From: Planctomycetota bacterium
GTDB taxonomy: Bacteria; Planctomycetota; MHYJ01; JACPRB01
DNA: 64,000 nt
Assembly: GCA_041482015.1 (NCBI GenBank)
Contig: JBGPCZ010000004.1
Location: 13,027 to 77,026, forward strand
Direction of reading: 5' to 3'
Below the pieces are notes generated by a model, which worked only from the letters and a program-made list of their open reading frames with translations, was not told the origin of the DNA and searched no databases. The position numbers and the translations under genes were made by a program. Shown piece by piece: positions 53,859 through 61,027 of this stretch (position 1 is the stretch's first letter; every line of letters starts with the position of its first letter).

Positions 53859-54704
53859 TCAGATCCGGTGCGCCTTCACCTCGGGCGCGTTGTGGTGCGC
53901 GTACGGCCGCAGGTCCGGCTCGCCGCGCGTGAAGAGGTGGCCCACCAACCCGCGCCCCTCGAAGGCGTAGAAGAACAGCCCGTTCTCGAACAGGTCGAAC
54001 GACTGGATCTTCACGACCTCCCGCCCCGCCGGGTCCCACGGGAGCGGCGTGAAGCCGATCCGCAGCTTGTACGCCGCCAGGCCCAGCGGCAGGTGGTGGC
54101 CGTAGCGGTTCGTGTCCATCCCGAGCGAGAGCGACTCGACGCCCAGGTCCATGCACCGCTGCATCGCCTGCATGATCAGGAAGTGCTCGAGATCGAGCTT
54201 CCGGTGCACGGGGTCGAACGCTCCGTACGCGACCGAGAGGTGGTGGCGGAGCGCGTGGACGAGCACGCCCGCGACCATCGCGCCGCCGTCGCGGAGGTAG
54301 AAGCCCACCCATCCCGGCCCGAACCCCTCCTCGTGCTCGCCCACGCGGTCGCGGCCGCGGGGGCGGCCCACGATCGTGCGCCGGTAGAGCGCCTTGAACT
54401 CCCCGATCCCGCGGCCGTCCTCCTCGACGGCGAGCCGGTACCGCTTCGGAACCTCGCGGAGCAGCTTGCGCGGCTTGTTGCGCGAGCCGGAATGGAAGCT
54501 CCCCTCGATGTACTCCTCGAGCGATCGGGGGACCCCGATCACGTAGGTCACGTAGCAGGGCTTGTGGAACCATCCGTCCGCGACGCGACGCTCGATCTCG
54601 GCGCGCGTGGGCTCCTCGACGCGCGCGAGGTGCGCGCCGGCCGGCGGCTCCTCGCCCGGCGCGAGCGTCGCGATCCGCAGGTCGAAGAATTCGTCGAGTT
54701 TCAT
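53859..54704 (-). CDS. GNAT/FemAB-like acyltransferase-fold protein (tentative)
   Basis: 281-aa ORF with normal composition and loose resemblance to the Acetyltransf_6 / CelD-like families. The product is uncertain. Confidence 0.45.
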   Translation of the reverse strand: MKLDEFFDLRIATLAPGEEPPAGAHLARVEEPTRAEIERRVADGWFHKPCYVTYVIGVPRSLEEYIEGSFHSGSRNKPRKLLREVPKRYRLAVEEDGRGIGEFKALYRRTIVGRPRGRDRVGEHEEGFGPGWVGFYLRDGGAMVAGVLVHALRHHLSVAYGAFDPVHRKLDLEHFLIMQAMQRCMDLGVESLSLGMDTNRYGHHLPLGLAAYKLRIGFTPLPWDPAGREVVKIQSFDLFENGLFFYAFEGRGLVGHLFTRGEPDLRPYAHHNAPEVKAHRI

Positions 54705-54832
54705 TCCTCAAAACATTCTACCGCGACCGGGCGTTCCTTCAACGAGCCCCTTGGAGCGGTGAGAATTGGAATTGCTTGACGGGGCTCCGGGGAGGGATGG
54801 AGAATCCGGGCAGGAGGCAAGGGAGGTAGGGG

Positions 54833-55222
54833 ATGGGCAGCACCAAGGACATGCTCCGGGTCATCGTGGCCGACGACGAAGTCCAGATCTGCAGCCTGGT
54901 CCGCGAAACGCTCCGCCAGGCCGGCCACTACGTGGAGATGTGCCACGACGGCGAGGCCGTCCTCCGCCGGCTCAAGGAGGGGGGGAAGTACGGCCTCCTC
55001 ATCCTCGACGTGCTCATGCCCCACAAGTCCGGCGTCGAGGTGATCCACGACCTCCGCGGGAGGGGCGAGGGCATCCCCATCCTGCTCATGTCGAGCTTCC
55101 TGTCGGAGGAGGTCCTCTCCTCCTGCTCGGGCCTGGACCGGATCGCGTTCCTCCAGAAGCCCTTCAGCCTCGCCGACCTGAGGGCGACCGTGGAGCGGCT
55201 CACCCGGCCCGTCCACTGCTAG
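54833..55222 (+). CDS. Single-domain response regulator (CheY-like receiver)
   Basis: VADDE acidic pocket, phospho-acceptor context LLILDVLMP, and conserved Lys in LQKPF. Confidence 0.85.
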   Translation: MGSTKDMLRVIVADDEVQICSLVRETLRQAGHYVEMCHDGEAVLRRLKEGGKYGLLILDVLMPHKSGVEVIHDLRGRGEGIPILLMSSFLSEEVLSSCSGLDRIAFLQKPFSLADLRATVERLTRPVHC

Positions 55223-55306
55223 GGGCCGTAGAAATCCGAAATCCGGAATCCCATCCGCCGTTATAATGTAGGCTAATCCGGTTAAGCTGCTGGGAGAACC
55301 TCACCC

Positions 55307-56452
55307 GTGACATTCGCCCTTCTTGCCCTCGTCGCGCTCACCCCGCAGGGCGGGTTCGAACTCAAGGACGGCGACCGCGTCGCCCTGATCGGCAACACCT
55401 ACGCCGAGCGCGACCTCCCGCACAGCGCGCTCGAGATCCGCCTCACCGCGCGGTACAAGGACCGGAACCTCCAGTTCCGCAACCTCGGCTGGAGCGGCGA
55501 CACCGTCTGGTGCGACGCGCGGGCCGGTTTCGGGAAGGCGCAGGACGGCTTCAACCACCTGGCAAAGCACGTCGCGGAACTTCGGCCGACCACGATCTTC
55601 CTCGCCTACGGCATGAACGAATCGTTCGAGGGCGAGAAGGGGCTCGCGCGGTTCCTCGAAGGCCTCGACCGCCTGCTCGACATGCTCGAGGCGTCGCGCG
55701 GACGGATCGTCATGATCTCGCCCGTCCGCCACGAGGACCTCGGCCGTCCGCTGCCCGACCCGTCGGCCCACAACAAGGACCTCCGGCTCTACATCGACGC
55801 GATGGCGAAGGTCGCCGCGAAGCGCGGCCACGCGTTCGTCGACCTTTTCGAGCTCCTTGGCCCGGGCACGAAGGAGGAGCCGCTCACCGAGAACGGCATC
55901 CACCTGAACGGCCGCGGTTACCGCAAGGCCGCCGCCGCGATCGAGAAAGCGCTCGGCCTGGCGCCCCCCGCGTGGCACGTCGAGATCGATTCGCTGGGCC
56001 AGTCGAACACCGGCGGGACGGCGCTCAGCGAGATCGCGGCCTCGACCTCCTCGATCCGCTTCACCGCGCTCGACGGGACGCTTCCCCTCGACGAGGAGCG
56101 GATCCTGAAAGTCACCAGCCTGAACGCCGGCCTCTACACGCTCAAGATCGACGGGCAGGCGGTCGTCTCCGGGACGGAGTCCCAGTGGCGGAGCGGGCTG
56201 CCGGTGACCAGGGGCCCCGCCCACGAGCAGGCCGCGAAGCTCCGCGAGACGACCGCCGCAAAGAACTTCCAGTACTTCAACCGCTGGCGCCCGCAGAACG
56301 AGACCTACATCTTCGGATTCCGAAAGAAGGAGCAGGGGCACCTCGCCCCGGAGATCCCGCAGTTCGACCCGATCATCGAGAAGATGGAGGCGGAGATCGC
56401 GAAGCTCCGCGTGCCCGTGGCCCACACGTTTGCCCTGGAGCGTGAGAAATGA
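55307..56452 (+). CDS. SGNH/GDSL-like hydrolase-fold protein with C-terminal extension
   Basis: Block III GMNE and block V NGIHLN are present. Block I reads IGNT instead of GDS. GTG start after GGGAG. ATGA overlap with the next gene. Confidence 0.65.
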   Translation: MTFALLALVALTPQGGFELKDGDRVALIGNTYAERDLPHSALEIRLTARYKDRNLQFRNLGWSGDTVWCDARAGFGKAQDGFNHLAKHVAELRPTTIFLAYGMNESFEGEKGLARFLEGLDRLLDMLEASRGRIVMISPVRHEDLGRPLPDPSAHNKDLRLYIDAMAKVAAKRGHAFVDLFELLGPGTKEEPLTENGIHLNGRGYRKAAAAIEKALGLAPPAWHVEIDSLGQSNTGGTALSEIAASTSSIRFTALDGTLPLDEERILKVTSLNAGLYTLKIDGQAVVSGTESQWRSGLPVTRGPAHEQAAKLRETTAAKNFQYFNRWRPQNETYIFGFRKKEQGHLAPEIPQFDPIIEKMEAEIAKLRVPVAHTFALEREK

Positions 56453-59400
56453 TCAGCGTACTCCTGGCCCTCCTCCTCCAGGCCCCCGCCCAGGGCAAGC
56501 AGGACGTGCCGCCCGATCCCGAGCTGGAGCGCAAGACGTTCAAGGTCGCCGACGGATTCGAGGTCACCCTCTTCGCGGCCGACCCGCTCCTCGCGAAACC
56601 CATCCAGATGAACTGGGACAACAAGGGCCGCCTCTGGGTGGCCACCTCGCAGGTCTACCCGCAGGTCCTCCCGGGCGAGGTCCCCAACGACAAGATCATC
56701 ATCCTCGAGGACTCGAAGGGCACGGGGCGGGCCGACAAGGCGACCGTCTTCGCCGACGGCCTCTTCATCCCCACGGCCGTCGAGCCCGGCGACGGCGGCG
56801 CGTACGTCTCGAACTCGACCCAGCTGCTCCACCTCAGGGACAGCAAGGGGACCGGGAAAGCCGACGAGCGCCGCGTGCTCCTTTCGGGCTTCGGCACGGA
56901 GGACACGCACCACATCCTCCACACGCTCCGCTGGGGGCCCGACGGCGATCTCTACTTCAACCAGTCGATCTACATCCACAGCCACATCGAGACCCCTTAT
57001 GGGCCGCGGCGCCTCGGCGGCGCGGGCATCTGGCGCTTCCGCCCGCACTCGCTGGAGCTCGAGGTCTTCTGCAAGGGCATGTGCAACCCGTGGGGCCACG
57101 CGTTCGACCGTTGGGGCCAGTCGTTCGGCACCGACGGCGCCGGCGGCGACGGCATCCACTTCCTGATGCCCGGCGCGACCTACCCTCACTTCCCCAGCGG
57201 CGACCGCTTCTTCCCCGGCCTCAATCCCGGGAGCCCCAAGTACTGCTCCCACGAGGTCGTGAGCGGCCGCCACTTCCCCGACGACTGGCAGGGAAACATC
57301 ATCACCAACGACTTCCGCGCCAACCGGGTCGTCCGCTACGTGATCTCCGACGACGGCGCCGGCTTCTCCTCCAAGCAACTGCCCGACCTCATCACCTCGA
57401 CCGACCGCGCGTTCCGGCCTGTCGACGTCCGCCTGGGCCCCGACGGCGCGCTCTACATCGCCGACTGGTACAACCCGATCATCAATCACGGCGAAGTCGG
57501 CTTCCGCGACGAGCGGCGGGACAAGACCCACGGGCGCATCTGGCGCGTCGCCGCCAAGGACCGGCCCCTCGTCGAGCGGCCGAGGCTCCACGGCGCGCCG
57601 GTGAAGGACCTCCTCGAGGCGCTCAAGTCACCCGAGGGCTGGACGCGCCACTTCGCCAAGCGCACGATCGCCGAGCGCGACCCGAAGGACGTGCTCCCCG
57701 CGCTCGCCGCGTGGGTCAAAGCGCTCGGGCCCGACGACGACCACGAGCGGCTCGAGGCCCTCTGGACCTATCTCACGCTCGACGTGATCGAGCCCGACCT
57801 CCTGAACGCGGTGCTCCGCGCGAAGGACCCGCACGCCCGCGCGGCGGCCACGCGCGTCGTCGCCCACCACCATCCGCGGCTGAAGGACCCGATCGGCCTC
57901 CTCAAGGTCCAGGTCGCCGACGAGCACCCGCGCGTTCGGCTCGAGGCGGTCCGGGCGCTCAAGGAGATCCCCTCGGAGTACTCGATCGGCATCGCGCTCC
58001 GCGCGCTCGACCAGCCCGTCGACCGCTTCCTCGAATACTCGATCTGGCTCACGACCACCGAGCTCCAGCCCGTCTGGATGCCCGCGCTCGAAGCGGGCCG
58101 CCTCCAGTTCGCCGACCCGAAGCACGCGGAATTCGCGCTCCAGTCGGCGCGCTCGCCGGCCGTGCTCAAGACCCAGATGGAGAAATTCAAGGGCCGCCAC
58201 CTCGGCCCCGAGACGCGCGAGATCGCTCTCAACTCGATCGCCTCGATCGGCGGTCCCGCCGAGCTCAAAGAGGTCCTCAACGGCGCCAACGAGATCCCCT
58301 TTCAACCGAAGATCTTCGCCGCGCTCCTCCGCGCCGCGCGCGAGCGGAACCTGAAGCCCGACGGCGATCTTTCTCGCATCAAGACGTACTTCGACCGGTC
58401 CGACGACGCGATCCGCCTCGCCGGCGCGTGGAAGCTCGAGGCGCTCCGCCCCGAGCTCGCGCAGCGCGCCGGGGCCGGCAGCCGCGCCGCCGTGGACGGA
58501 CTCGTCCTGCTCGGCGGGCCCGTGACGATCGATTACTTCAAGTCGCTCCTCGCGGCCGACCGCGCCCCCAAGACCCGCCTTGCCGGCGTCCTCGGGCTGG
58601 CGGCGCTGGACGTGAAAGCCGCGGCGCCCGAGGCGGCCGGGGTTCTCGCGGCCGACCCTGTCGAGATCGTCACCGCATTTCTCCAGCGCAAGGGCGGCGC
58701 CGAGGCGCTGGCCGCGGCGCTGGAATCGACAAAGATTCCCGCGGACGCGGCGCGGCTCGGTCTCCGCGCGATGTACGCCGCGGGACGCCAGGAGCCCGCG
58801 CTCTACGCGGTCCTCAACAAGGCCGGCGGGCTGGCGACGCGCCACCGCGAGATGAGCGACGCCGAGCTCAAGCAGGCCGCGGTCGAGGCGGTCGCGAAGG
58901 GCGACGCCGCGCGGGGCGAGGCCGTCTTCCACCGCCGCGAGGTGAGCTGCTTCCAGTGCCACGCGATCGGCGGCGCGGGCGGAAACGTCGGCCCCGACCT
59001 CCTGAGCCTCGGCGCGAGCGCGCCCGTCGACTACCTGGTCGAGTCGGTCCTCCTCCCCGAGAAGAAGACCAAGGAGGGCTTCGTCTCGATGGCGGTGATG
59101 ACGAAGTCGGGGGACGTCCTCAGCGGAATCCGCGTGCGCGAGAGCGACCAGGAGCTCGTGCTGCGCGACGCGATCCGCGACGAGATCGCGATCCCGAAGA
59201 AGTCCATCGAGCAGTCGAAGATCATCGGCTCGGTGATGCCCGCGGGCCTCGCCGACCTCCTGACGGACCAGGAGCTCCACGACCTCGTCCGGTTCCTCTC
59301 GGAGCTCGGCAAGCCCGGGCCGTACGCCGTCAGCCCCGCCCCGGTCATCCGCCGCTGGCGCGTCCCCGAGGGCGGCGCCTGGGTCCCGGCCTACAGCCTC

Positions 59401-59688
59401 GTCACCGGCCTCCTGCCGCTCGGAAAGACGGCGTCGGTCCGCGGCGAGATCGACGTCACCACCGCGGGGAAGATCCGCGTGCGGGTCAACTCGGCGAAAG
59501 GTCTCGCGCTCAAGGTGGACGAGGCGGCCGTCGAGCTCAAGGGGGAGGTCGACCTCGAGCTCGCGGCGGGCATCCACGCGCTGATGTTCGAGGTCGACGC
59601 CGCGGCACGCGGTGGCGAGGGCCTGCGGGTGGAGGTCGAGGAAGCGCCGGGGTCCCCCGGACGCGTGCGTCCGGTCGGCGGAAAATAG
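56449..59688 (+). CDS. PVC-type heme-binding CxxCH protein (membrane-bound dehydrogenase domain, HEAT repeats, cytochrome c)
   Basis: FKVADGFEV.LFA..P signature N-terminus, DWYNPIINHGEVGFRD, THGRIWRV, and the CFQCH heme motif. Confidence 0.9.
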   Translation: MISVLLALLLQAPAQGKQDVPPDPELERKTFKVADGFEVTLFAADPLLAKPIQMNWDNKGRLWVATSQVYPQVLPGEVPNDKIIILEDSKGTGRADKATVFADGLFIPTAVEPGDGGAYVSNSTQLLHLRDSKGTGKADERRVLLSGFGTEDTHHILHTLRWGPDGDLYFNQSIYIHSHIETPYGPRRLGGAGIWRFRPHSLELEVFCKGMCNPWGHAFDRWGQSFGTDGAGGDGIHFLMPGATYPHFPSGDRFFPGLNPGSPKYCSHEVVSGRHFPDDWQGNIITNDFRANRVVRYVISDDGAGFSSKQLPDLITSTDRAFRPVDVRLGPDGALYIADWYNPIINHGEVGFRDERRDKTHGRIWRVAAKDRPLVERPRLHGAPVKDLLEALKSPEGWTRHFAKRTIAERDPKDVLPALAAWVKALGPDDDHERLEALWTYLTLDVIEPDLLNAVLRAKDPHARAAATRVVAHHHPRLKDPIGLLKVQVADEHPRVRLEAVRALKEIPSEYSIGIALRALDQPVDRFLEYSIWLTTTELQPVWMPALEAGRLQFADPKHAEFALQSARSPAVLKTQMEKFKGRHLGPETREIALNSIASIGGPAELKEVLNGANEIPFQPKIFAALLRAARERNLKPDGDLSRIKTYFDRSDDAIRLAGAWKLEALRPELAQRAGAGSRAAVDGLVLLGGPVTIDYFKSLLAADRAPKTRLAGVLGLAALDVKAAAPEAAGVLAADPVEIVTAFLQRKGGAEALAAALESTKIPADAARLGLRAMYAAGRQEPALYAVLNKAGGLATRHREMSDAELKQAAVEAVAKGDAARGEAVFHRREVSCFQCHAIGGAGGNVGPDLLSLGASAPVDYLVESVLLPEKKTKEGFVSMAVMTKSGDVLSGIRVRESDQELVLRDAIRDEIAIPKKSIEQSKIIGSVMPAGLADLLTDQELHDLVRFLSELGKPGPYAVSPAPVIRRWRVPEGGAWVPAYSLVTGLLPLGKTASVRGEIDVTTAGKIRVRVNSAKGLALKVDEAAVELKGEVDLELAAGIHALMFEVDAAARGGEGLRVEVEEAPGSPGRVRPVGGK

Positions 59689-59744
59689 TCCCGAACTTTC
59701 CGCCTCGATCCGCTACCAATGGGGCGGATTCTGAAAGGACCGCC

Positions 59745-60635
59745 ATGCACTGGATCACGACGCTTCTCCTGTCGTTCGCCCCCTTCGCCCAGGACAACCA
59801 GGACGAGCAGGCGAAAAGGATCGACGACCTCATCAAGCAGCTCGGCTCCGACGAATTCTCCGCCCGCGAGAAGGCGAGCGGGGAGCTCAAGAAGATCGGG
59901 AAGCCCGCCGAGGAGCCGCTCCGGAGGGCCGCCGGGAAGAGCGACGACCCCGAGGTTCGCGACCGGGCCCGCGCCCTCCTCGAGGCGATGATCCCGAGGC
60001 CGAAGGCGCAGGCGCCCGGCCTTCGCGGCTTCAACGGAAGCTCGGTCACCGTGCGATCGATCAACGGCGATTCGACCTACACGATCGCGCCCGGCGACGG
60101 GAGCCCCGCGATCGCGTTCCACAAGGACAAGGCGGGCGCCGTGAAGCTGGACTACACGGACGAGAAGGGCGAGTCGACGAGCGTCGCGGCAGACTCGCTC
60201 GAGAAGTTCGTGAAGGACAACAAGGATCTCGCCGGGAAGTTCGGGATCACCGAGGAGGGCATCGACCACGGCGGGGCGCGGGTGAGCTTCAAGGGCGGCC
60301 TGCAGGCGGTGCCCTTCCCCCGCGCGTTCCGCGCCCCGAAGCCGCCTCTCGACGAGGACGACGATCGCGGCGCGGGCGCAACCTTCGCGAAACCTTCCGA
60401 ACCGCTGCGCGCGCAGCTGGACATTCCCGACGGGCAGGGTCTCGTGGTCACGAGCGTCGACAAGGACGGCGCCGCCGAGACCGCGGGCCTCAGGAAGAAC
60501 GACGTCCTCCTCGAGATCGACGGGAACAAGGTCACGTCGATCCGCGCCGTGCGCGATCATTTCACCCGCACGAGCTCCCTCGAGCTGCTGCGCAAGGGCA
60601 AGCGCGAGTCGCTGACCCCCAGGAAGGACTTTTGA
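59745..60635 (+). CDS. Secreted PDZ-domain protein with N-terminal LGSD...DPE.R module
   Basis: Only the C-terminal 296 codons of listed ORF 56430..60635 look real. QLGSDEFSAREKASGEL...SDDPEVRDRARALL. PDZ motif GLVVTSVDKDGAAETAGLRKNDVLLEIDG. Confidence 0.75.
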   Translation: MHWITTLLLSFAPFAQDNQDEQAKRIDDLIKQLGSDEFSAREKASGELKKIGKPAEEPLRRAAGKSDDPEVRDRARALLEAMIPRPKAQAPGLRGFNGSSVTVRSINGDSTYTIAPGDGSPAIAFHKDKAGAVKLDYTDEKGESTSVAADSLEKFVKDNKDLAGKFGITEEGIDHGGARVSFKGGLQAVPFPRAFRAPKPPLDEDDDRGAGATFAKPSEPLRAQLDIPDGQGLVVTSVDKDGAAETAGLRKNDVLLEIDGNKVTSIRAVRDHFTRTSSLELLRKGKRESLTPRKDF

Positions 60636-60779
60636 CTCTCGATCCACCTCCCTCCGCATCTCCGTCATCCCCCGATCTCCTGAAAAATATTACTTTACGG
60701 ATTCACGATGTCCGCATAACGCGGACTTTTATCCCGGGAAACCCCGGTAAAAATTTTCTCGGGAAACCGGCGCGCCTCC

Positions 60780-60809
60780 TTGACAATCCCCTAGGGCTGG
60801 GGGTATAGT
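60780..60809 (+). promoter_or_regulatory. Sigma-70-type promoter upstream of nrdJ
   Basis: TTGACA, 18-nt spacer, TATAGT. An AT-rich TAAAAATTTT patch about 22 nt upstream of the -35 could act as an UP element. It predicts a leader of about 210 nt. Confidence 0.55.
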
Positions 60810-60963
60810 CCCACCGTACGTGGTACAGGTAGTGGAGAGGGGCCTTGGGGCGATCCCCCCGATCCGTACCCAACTTAGCCGCCTGACGCACTAGATAGGG
60901 AGAGGAGTCCTCGGGCCGTAGCCTGGAGAGAGGTGGTCGGTCCTGCCGGAGTCGCCGGGGGTT

Positions 60964-60996
60964 GGTTCAAAAGAGAATCTAAAGGTTCAAAAGAGA
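60964..60996 (+). repeat. Tandem direct repeat GGTTCAAAAGAGA (2 copies, 20-nt period) in the nrdJ leader
   Basis: Exact 13-mers at 60964..60976 and 60984..60996, followed by the near-palindrome AGAGATATTATCTGT, about 20-60 nt upstream of ATG 61028. Confidence 0.6.
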
Positions 60997-61027
60997 TATT
61001 ATCTGTCATTGGGGTGAGAGGAGGAGA

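Noticed and set aside
55235-55290. AATCCG-type short repeats (AAATCCGAAATCCGGAATCC) and a TATAAT at 55262 upstream of the SGNH gene
   Set aside because: No acceptable -35 element lies at 16-18 nt, and the repeats are too short and degenerate to call. Their similarity to the loop of the palindromic element (ATCCG) may be coincidental.
56430-59744. N-terminal roughly 1100 codons of the 1401-aa ORF 56430..60635
   Set aside because: It is an Arg/Pro/Gly-rich alternative frame of the PVC-type dehydrogenase gene. Only the part from ATG 59745, after that gene's stop, has protein-like composition (PDZ protein).
60890-60960. Cobalamin riboswitch call for the nrdJ leader
   Set aside because: Only fragments of the conserved words are present (AUAGGGA, AGCCUGGAGA, CCUGCC). 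The GCCACUG block and the P4-P6 spacing are missing. It is kept only as something to test with a covariance model.
60964-60996. TTCAAA words as a possible tRNA-Sec (UCA anticodon) gene near the selenoprotein genes
   Set aside because: There is no anticodon stem complementarity and no acceptor or T arms. It is a direct repeat in the nrdJ leader.
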